From: Candidatus Omnitrophota bacterium
GTDB lineage: Bacteria > Omnitrophota > Omnitrophia > Omnitrophales > Aquincolibacteriaceae
Reading direction: 5' to 3'
Assembly: GCA_030698625.1 (NCBI GenBank)
Contig: JAUYMS010000046.1
Coordinates: 56,348 to 120,347 of the forward strand
Length of the DNA stretch: 64,000 bases
Every line of letters starts with the position of its first letter. Position 1 is the stretch's first letter. The position numbers and the translations under genes were made by a program. Shown piece by piece: positions 58,106 through 64,000 of this stretch. The notes beneath the pieces were generated by a model, which saw nothing but the letters and a program-made list of their open reading frames with translations, did no database searches and was not told the DNA's origin.

Positions 58106-59689
58106 ATGGATACAAAACTTAAAGCCGACATAGCCGAAACAGCCGTTACCGCGAAATTGTTACGGCGTGGTCTTGCAGTACTCCGACCGGTTGGAGATCG
58201 CCTATCTTATGACCTCGCTGTTGATACAGGCTACGGCCGAATCCTTCGCTTACAAGTGAAAAGTGCATGGAAGCAGCAAGGCGCCTACCTTGTTGATAAC
58301 AGGCGGACCAAAACGAATCGTCGTAGGATGCTGCGCACAGCCTATTGTCGAGAGGATTTTGATTTTGCGGCGCTCTATATTGATGACCTGGACATTACTT
58401 ATATCATGCCCGTAGACGTGTTCACTACATACAAGAGCGGCATTTCCTTAGTAGAAGGGAACAAGCGCCAAAGGAAACCGCGCTCGTACGCATATCGGGA
58501 AGCATGGCATCTGCTGGTTGCCGCACAACCCAAAGGTCGCAGGTTAATCACGGTAGGTGCTGACCCCGTGGACACCTCCGGAGCTACCCCAAATTCCCTC
58601 CGGCGGGAAATTGGAGCGATTTTTATGGTTAAATTTCTTCTTGTGACGGCAGGCCTTCTCTTTCCTGCCGTCGCTTGGGCCGAGCCGGTGACGGACCCCG
58701 GCACTGAAATCCGCGAGCTCATTATTCATGAGCATCCCGATACGAATTATCGCCCGCTCCTGCCCGATTTGATGCATGCCTTCGAGCGGCCGGGCCGCGC
58801 GGAGCCTGTTGGTTGGGCGATCGTGGCGGCAAGTGAGCAGAATGCGGCTGTCCTGCGCGAACGTTTGCGGTACCGGGGCCTCGATGCCGTTACGGGCCGT
58901 ACGCGGTTTCTCATTGATCCGGAGCGTTTCGATACGTGGGCCCGGGATGTTTATGAGATAGAAGGCCTGCGGTCGGTGCCGGGCGGTGATATTACCGCCG
59001 ACGATGCCTTTGTTTATTTGGGTGAAAAATCTGAAGCGGCCGCGGACCATCTCGAAAAAGTGTTTCAGAGAAAAGTCCTGATCCTTCCCGGCGAAGACGC
59101 GCATCAGGACCGTTACCACATGCCGCTCGGGGTGGTGAACGGCCGGCGAACAAGTCTGCTGGCTGACCCGCTGAGCGCTTTGGAAATTCTCATGGGCCTT
59201 AGCGAGGAAGAAAAGCTTCAGCTCATCGCATATTACATCAAACATTATGACTGGCAGGACCCCGCCGAAACCCGCCGGCAATTTGAATCCTTTTTTACCA
59301 TGAGCCCGCGCGACCTCGATAATTACCGCACAAGCCCTTACGTTAAATCTCTCGATAAAGTCGAAGCGGTGCTGCGTGCGCAGGGTATTCAGACCGTACG
59401 TATCCCCACGCTTCACCGCGACATCATCAAAGAGGCGCCGCTCCCGCTCGGGCTTTATTACATCAACCTGGTGCAGGACACCTACCGCGACCTCGACGGC
59501 GGTATCCGCCGCAAAGCGGTACTGGCGAGCTACGGCATAGGGCCGCTCGATACCGAAGCGCGCCGCAGGCTCGAAGCGCTCGGCCATTTTCAGGAGATCC
59601 GCATGGTTGAAGCGGTGCCCGAAGGTTTCCGCGGCGGGGGAATACGCTGTCTTTTGCGGGTGGCCGGTGATAAAATAACGACCCAATGA
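58106..59689 (+). CDS. Composite ORF: N-terminal PD-(D/E)xK (Hjc-like) nuclease-fold domain; internal signal-peptide-like segment; C-terminal guanidino-group-modifying-enzyme superfamily domain (agmatine deiminase/amidinotransferase-like)
   Basis: N-terminus AETAVTAKLLRRGLAVLRP...YDLAV...LRLQVKS; internal MVKFLLVTAGLLFPAVAWA at aa 174; C-terminus GFRGGGIRCLL resembles the GGGxxHC catalytic end of that superfamily. May be two genes or a fusion. Confidence 0.4.
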   Translation: MDTKLKADIAETAVTAKLLRRGLAVLRPVGDRLSYDLAVDTGYGRILRLQVKSAWKQQGAYLVDNRRTKTNRRRMLRTAYCREDFDFAALYIDDLDITYIMPVDVFTTYKSGISLVEGNKRQRKPRSYAYREAWHLLVAAQPKGRRLITVGADPVDTSGATPNSLRREIGAIFMVKFLLVTAGLLFPAVAWAEPVTDPGTEIRELIIHEHPDTNYRPLLPDLMHAFERPGRAEPVGWAIVAASEQNAAVLRERLRYRGLDAVTGRTRFLIDPERFDTWARDVYEIEGLRSVPGGDITADDAFVYLGEKSEAAADHLEKVFQRKVLILPGEDAHQDRYHMPLGVVNGRRTSLLADPLSALEILMGLSEEEKLQLIAYYIKHYDWQDPAETRRQFESFFTMSPRDLDNYRTSPYVKSLDKVEAVLRAQGIQTVRIPTLHRDIIKEAPLPLGLYYINLVQDTYRDLDGGIRRKAVLASYGIGPLDTEARRRLEALGHFQEIRMVEAVPEGFRGGGIRCLLRVAGDKITTQ

Positions 59690-60912
59690 ATAAACTCCTC
59701 TTCCTCCTCACGGCAATGTTACTTATCACTCCGGTGCCCGCGCTTCGTGCCGATGATCCGCCTGCGGGCGGCGGCAACCGCGACCAAGGTACGGTCGGCG
59801 GCGATGCCGGCGGTGCGCGCCTCGGCGAGAGTGACCGGGGAATCGAGAATGCCCTTCGCGGGCAGGGAATTATTAGCGGTGGCGGCACAAATACCGGCAC
59901 CAATGCCGGTGCGACCGTAGGTACAAGCGGGCCGGGGCAAACGAGCACGCGCACCGAAACCACCGACAGCGGCGGGACGCGCACCGTCATAACGGGTCCG
60001 GACGGCAGCCGCACGGTCACCGAGACCGGCCGCGGTGTTGAGCCTGCCACGCTATCCATAACATTCAACAAGGACGGGAGCGTCGTTTCGCAAAACAGTC
60101 AGCATACCAACGGTACGGTTGATACCATGACTTATAACCCCGCAACCGGCGTGCGGGAAAGCACCTCGGTTCAGCCCGACGGCGCCACGACGCGCTCCGT
60201 TTCGCAAAGGGACGGCAGCGGGGTTATTACGCAGACGGGTTTTAATCCGAACACCCAGGTGACCGAAGAAGATGCCCAGGGCCACGTCACCGAAACCACC
60301 TCGCGACCCGACGGCACCAAAACGGTTGTGACCTTTACGCGCATTCAGGGCGACCCGTATGCCACACGCGGCGAGCCGGTGACGCACACCACCACCGATT
60401 ACAATGCCGCCGGCAAGCCCACACGCCAGGTGCGTGAGACCAACGAACGATACGGCAGGGGTTATCGTCAGACGCGCCGGGAAGTGACCGAATACGACAG
60501 CCGGGGCAAACCGAAAAAAACGACCGTAAGCCAGCCGCGGCAGGGCTACGGCGATTTGCTTGTGCGCGAAGAAGTGGAGTATTGGCACAACGGTTTTCGG
60601 AAAGTGATCAAGCGCCGTGATGAAAGCGGCAGGATCACCGAAGTCTATTATTATGACCATCTCGGACACCTGACGCGAAGCTCCATTCAGCCCGGGCACA
60701 CCGCCGGCGCAGAGCCGACTACCGGAACATTTTTCCAACCGCAAAATGATAACCGCCAGTCAGCCGTGCCGACTCAGCGCGAAGATGCCTTTGCCCGCGC
60801 CGACAGTGCCGGCTCCAGCACGCCGGGGCTCGATGGCCTTGGCGGGACGCTCGCGCGCGAGCTCGTCAACCGCCCCGTTCCCGACCGCCGCGAAAGCAAC
60901 GAAAACGAGTAG
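59686..60912 (+). CDS. Secreted Gly/Thr-rich hypothetical protein
   Basis: Signal peptide MNKLLFLLTAMLLITPVPALRA; low-complexity G/T-rich body; one YD-repeat-like motif (EVYYYDHLGHLT). Confidence 0.45.
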   Translation: MNKLLFLLTAMLLITPVPALRADDPPAGGGNRDQGTVGGDAGGARLGESDRGIENALRGQGIISGGGTNTGTNAGATVGTSGPGQTSTRTETTDSGGTRTVITGPDGSRTVTETGRGVEPATLSITFNKDGSVVSQNSQHTNGTVDTMTYNPATGVRESTSVQPDGATTRSVSQRDGSGVITQTGFNPNTQVTEEDAQGHVTETTSRPDGTKTVVTFTRIQGDPYATRGEPVTHTTTDYNAAGKPTRQVRETNERYGRGYRQTRREVTEYDSRGKPKKTTVSQPRQGYGDLLVREEVEYWHNGFRKVIKRRDESGRITEVYYYDHLGHLTRSSIQPGHTAGAEPTTGTFFQPQNDNRQSAVPTQREDAFARADSAGSSTPGLDGLGGTLARELVNRPVPDRRESNENE

Positions 60913-60919
60913 TCAGCGT

Positions 60920-61351
60920 ATGATCAAAAGGGCCCTCCTTTTAATGACCGTGTTATTGCTTTCACCGGGCGTACTCCAGGCAGGTTTTAACAGCGACGCG
61001 CAAGGCCTTGCGCTCAAAGGTTATGACGCGGTGGCTTACTTCACCGAAAGCGCCGCCGTTCCGGGTACGGCCGAACACGAAGTTGCTTGGCAGGGCGTGA
61101 AGTGGCGTTTCAAAAATGAGGAGAACAAGGCTCTCTTTGCCGCAGATCCCGAAAAGTATGCCCCTCAGTACGGCGGGTATTGCGCCTTTGCCGTGAGCCG
61201 CGGAGCCACAGCCGACGGGGACCCGAATGCGTGGTCGATCGAAGGCGGGAAACTCTATCTGAACCTGAACGCGCGCATCCGCTCAAGGTGGCAGCAAAAT
61301 GCCCGGGCGAACATCGAAAGCGCCGACAAGAACTGGCCGAATATCAGCTAG
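60920..61351 (+). CDS. Secreted YHS-domain protein
   Basis: Track ORF trimmed to MIKRALLLMTVLLLSPGVLQA signal peptide; LKGYDAVAYF ... PEKYAPQYGGYCAFAV motifs. Confidence 0.55.
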   Translation: MIKRALLLMTVLLLSPGVLQAGFNSDAQGLALKGYDAVAYFTESAAVPGTAEHEVAWQGVKWRFKNEENKALFAADPEKYAPQYGGYCAFAVSRGATADGDPNAWSIEGGKLYLNLNARIRSRWQQNARANIESADKNWPNIS

Positions 61352-62262
61352 AAGCGCTGCCAGCCCGTTCCTTCGTGACCGAAGGAAAATTTTTCCGGAT
61401 ATAAAATCTCGGCAAAAATTTCCAGGGACTCTACGAGACGCGGTCCGGGCCGGTTAAAATACTGATTGCCGTCGGTCAAAAACACCCGCCCCGTTCGTAC
61501 GGCCTTTAATTTCTTCCACTCTGCTTTTTGAGTTACGGCCGCCATTTCAAGGCGCGACTTCTCGATGCCCCAGCCGCAGGGAAGCACGACAATCACATCG
61601 GGGTCCTGCCCGACTAACTCTTCCCATTTCATCCAGGGGGAATGTTCACCCGGTCTGCCGAAAAGATCTTCGGCGCCGAGCAACGCCAGTAATTCCGGAA
61701 TCCAATTCCCGCCGGCCATGAGCGGGTCGAGCCATTCGAGGCAGGCGACCCTAGGGTGTCCGCCGATCGATTTCGCTTTTTGGGAGATGGCCTGCATTCT
61801 TTCGCGGTAGCTATTGATTAAGTCGTCGCCTCTGTCTTTTACTTTCAGGGCGCCGGCGATTCGCCGAATGCCTGACCACACATCTTCTAGATTGTTCGGA
61901 AGCAAAGTCACGATCTCGGGTTTCGCGTCATCGGCCCAATCGCAGACGGCGTTCTCGACGTCTTTCAGGCTGACTGCGCAGACCTCACAGTGGTCCTGAG
62001 TGATAATGACATTGGGTTCAAGGGCTTTTAAAGCCTTGGCGTCGATCCGGTAAACCGAGCCGGAATCGCTTACGGTTTCCTTAACGCGGTCATCGATTTC
62101 CCTGCTTGTTCCTTCGATGTTGATTTTTGGTTCCGAGCAAGTCGGCAGGCTTTTGACTACAGCCGGAAAATCGCATTCATGGGAACGACCCACGAGTTGG
62201 TCGCCGCAACCTAAGGCGTGAACAATCTCGGTACTGCTGGGGATCAGGGAAACAATGCGCAT
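61348..62262 (-). CDS. Class III periplasmic-binding-protein fold (BtuF/FhuD-like cobalamin/siderophore binding protein), no signal peptide
   Basis: MRIVSLIPSSTEIVHALG N-terminus and overall BtuF-like pattern, 304 aa. Confidence 0.55.
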   Translation of the reverse strand: MRIVSLIPSSTEIVHALGCGDQLVGRSHECDFPAVVKSLPTCSEPKINIEGTSREIDDRVKETVSDSGSVYRIDAKALKALEPNVIITQDHCEVCAVSLKDVENAVCDWADDAKPEIVTLLPNNLEDVWSGIRRIAGALKVKDRGDDLINSYRERMQAISQKAKSIGGHPRVACLEWLDPLMAGGNWIPELLALLGAEDLFGRPGEHSPWMKWEELVGQDPDVIVVLPCGWGIEKSRLEMAAVTQKAEWKKLKAVRTGRVFLTDGNQYFNRPGPRLVESLEIFAEILYPEKFSFGHEGTGWQRF

Positions 62263-62336
62263 TGGAGAATTCTACCCGTTCTGCCGTCCGGTGGCTACCG
62301 GTAAAAAAGGCGAAAGTGTGTTATAATCAGGGCATC

Positions 62337-62567
62337 ATGAGCGACGGCAGTATACCCGCGGTAAGTCAAGATTGTTGGAAGCCGTGTAATATTTGCAAGA
62401 AGGCAATAGCCTTTCAAGCCGTCTATTACCTCTGCTCCGTTAGTACCTGCCGCAGTAAACGCACCGGCCTCGTCTTCTGCTCTACGTCCTGTTATGACGG
62501 CCACCTTGGTTTTGCCCGTCACCGCAGCTCCTACTGTGAAGAAGAAGTTGCCCCCGTCAAGTTTTAA
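62337..62567 (+). CDS. Small Cys-rich hypothetical protein (possible metal-binding)
   Basis: CWKPCNICKK...CSVSTC...CSTSCYDGH...C; start within the 62262 track ORF. Confidence 0.3.
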   Translation: MSDGSIPAVSQDCWKPCNICKKAIAFQAVYYLCSVSTCRSKRTGLVFCSTSCYDGHLGFARHRSSYCEEEVAPVKF

Positions 62568-62570
62568 CCG

Positions 62571-63083
62571 CTAACCGGCCGCCCGTATTTGGGCAAGGCT
62601 CAGGTAGGCGGGTGACTTTGTAATGAAGCTATTTTTGAGGCCTTTACTGTATGTTGTGAAGCTGATGTAAGGGTAATCATCCGCGTGTTTAACTAGGCCG
62701 GCTCTTAACGGATTTCTCTCAATATACCTTGCGCATTCCAATAGATATTCCTCCCTGTCAACGGACTTACTCCTGTACATTCTTTCGAACGTCGCTCCGG
62801 AAATCCTGTATTCTTTACTGTGGTAATAAGCGTACTTTCTCTTGAGAAAATGAGAGAAACGAATGAGATTCTCAATGGCAGTCGTAAAAACAAGCATGTG
62901 GACATGGTTCGTCATAAGGCAATAGTGGTAAATGGCAACCTGAGAAGCCGAAGCGTGTTCTCGGGTCAGGTTCAAGAAAAAGTCGTAGTCTCTAGGGCGA
63001 TGGAAAAGATCTTTGCGGTTAATGCCGCGTGCTATCCAGTGATAGATTCCAGACGGACTAATTTGGCGTTTTTTTCGCGGCAT
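62571..63083 (-). CDS. IS200/IS605-like Y1 (HUH) transposase, REP-associated tyrosine transposase (RAYT) type
   Basis: HUH motif HVHMLV, YHWIARGINR, catalytic-Tyr region; start trimmed to MPRKKRQ; no terminal repeats found. Confidence 0.65.
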   Translation of the reverse strand: MPRKKRQISPSGIYHWIARGINRKDLFHRPRDYDFFLNLTREHASASQVAIYHYCLMTNHVHMLVFTTAIENLIRFSHFLKRKYAYYHSKEYRISGATFERMYRSKSVDREEYLLECARYIERNPLRAGLVKHADDYPYISFTTYSKGLKNSFITKSPAYLSLAQIRAAG

Positions 63084-63249
63084 AAGAGAGGCCACAAGTC
63101 GCCTTGCGAGAGGAGAGCTTTCGAGGTGTGTCAGAGAAGCAGAGGCAGTATAATGCAATGGTCAGAAGACGGCGTCCGGAAAATTTCTTATTTGCGTATA
63201 TTCCAAGATAGTCATATTATGTGAGCAGCTATCATTTTATGGAGGTTCT

Positions 63250-63603
63250 ATGACAAAGGTACAGAGAGTCAGCTCAGATGATATGGTTTTCAAGATTAAG
63301 GCAGATTTCCTGAGAGCGCTTTCGCATCCGTTACGTCTCAAAATTATAGATCGCTTAAGACATGCTGAATCCAGTGTCGGAAGCTTGGGAAAAGAGCTGG
63401 GCGTTCACCAGTCGACATTATCCAAACATTTAACGGCTTTACGCGAAATCGGTATATTGCAGGCACGGCAAGAAAAAACGTCCGTCTTCTATGCAATAAC
63501 GGACCAAGACTTATTTCTTATATTACGGCCTATTTCGGAGCTTCTTCGCAAAAAATTTAAGAGAAGCAACAATTTGCTCAATAAATTGGCAAAAGGTTTA
63601 TGA
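63250..63603 (+). CDS. ArsR/SmtB family metalloregulatory transcription factor
   Basis: LRALSHPLRLKIIDRL ... LGVHQSTLSKHLTALREIG winged HTH. Confidence 0.7.
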   Translation: MTKVQRVSSDDMVFKIKADFLRALSHPLRLKIIDRLRHAESSVGSLGKELGVHQSTLSKHLTALREIGILQARQEKTSVFYAITDQDLFLILRPISELLRKKFKRSNNLLNKLAKGL

Positions 63604-63648
63604 AGTAATGAGTATTCTGGAATAGGACTGTCGAAAGGAGGGAATCCT

Positions 63649-63864
63649 ATGGTGACCTGGATTGGTTTATGTGCAGGCGAGGTGTGGAAATATCTTGAAA
63701 CTCATGAGGGCTATTGTCCTGTTGAAAAAGTTATTAATGACATCGATGCGCCTGAGCAATCTGTATTAATGGCAATTGGCTGGCTAGCACGTGAAGGCCA
63801 TATTCTGCTTCGTGGAGCCCCACCTGACTATCGAATCATTCTCAACATAAAAAAGACAACTTAG
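63649..63864 (+). CDS. Hypothetical small protein
   Basis: 71-aa ORF with RBS GGAGGGAA upstream; no motif recognised. Confidence 0.35.
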   Translation: MVTWIGLCAGEVWKYLETHEGYCPVEKVINDIDAPEQSVLMAIGWLAREGHILLRGAPPDYRIILNIKKTT

Positions 63865-63913
63865 CGAAGACTGTCGCATAAACAGAGGATAGGCGGAAGC
63901 CGCCATAATAAAA

Positions 63914-64000
63914 AATGTTTAAACCAAAATTATTGACTTGTCTTAAAGATTATTCATTACCGCAGTTCCGATCAGATGTGATTGCCGGACTCATCGTTGG
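63914..64000 (+). CDS. SulP family anion transporter, N-terminal fragment (continues past window end)
   Basis: MFKPKLLTCLKDYSLPQFRSDVIAGLIV matches the conserved SulP N-terminus. Confidence 0.5.

Noticed and set aside
58544-59686. 380-aa minus-strand ORF
   Set aside because: Antisense shadow of the plus-strand 58106-59689 gene; no motifs
62568-63249. REP palindromes flanking the RAYT-type transposase
   Set aside because: No repeated GC-rich palindromes found adjacent to the gene or elsewhere in the window

Overview
GC-rich (~58%) bacterial chromosomal window, densely coding. The most unusual content is a mostly minus-strand glycan locus (3770-19678) that encodes an apparent GDP-linked deoxysugar pathway: a GDP-mannose 4,6-dehydratase-like gene, a ColD-type His-for-Lys 3-dehydratase, and two GDP-fucose-synthase-like reductases. 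The pathway is combined with two duplicated modules of pyruvate-dehydrogenase-E1-like alpha/beta TPP enzymes, one alpha fused to a PMI-type cupin. This points to a C-branched 3,6-dideoxy sugar exported via DPM1-like GT2 enzymes and an ArnT-like GT-C transferase. Nearby glycan-modification genes (28032-33211) include an FkbH-like protein with a novel Cys-rich N-terminal domain, a polysaccharide deacetylase, a methyltransferase and a B12-radical SAM enzyme.

Housekeeping content:
- a groEL2-groES-groEL1 operon with a CIRCE operator
- coaX, birA, alr and tsaB
- an ftcD-like cyclodeaminase gene, folD and panB
- a heme operon, hemX-hemA-hemC-cobA/hemD-hemB, flanked by two c-di-GMP proteins (REC-GGDEF-MshEN and REC-GGDEF-HD-GYP)
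- acs, hemL, prmA, fxsA
- rsmI, purN, eno and ftsB

Other notable elements are an initiator-like tRNA-Met(CAU) gene interrupted by a ~193-nt Azoarcus/cyanobacterial-type group I intron, and a ~390-nt GC-rich structured non-coding gap (50117-50503). The 3' end is lower in GC and carries a REP-associated tyrosine transposase (RAYT)-like transposase and a metal-related gene set (YHS domain, ArsR, a Cys-rich small ORF, SulP).

Coordinates I derived myself (alternative starts, RNA features) may be off by 1-2 nt.
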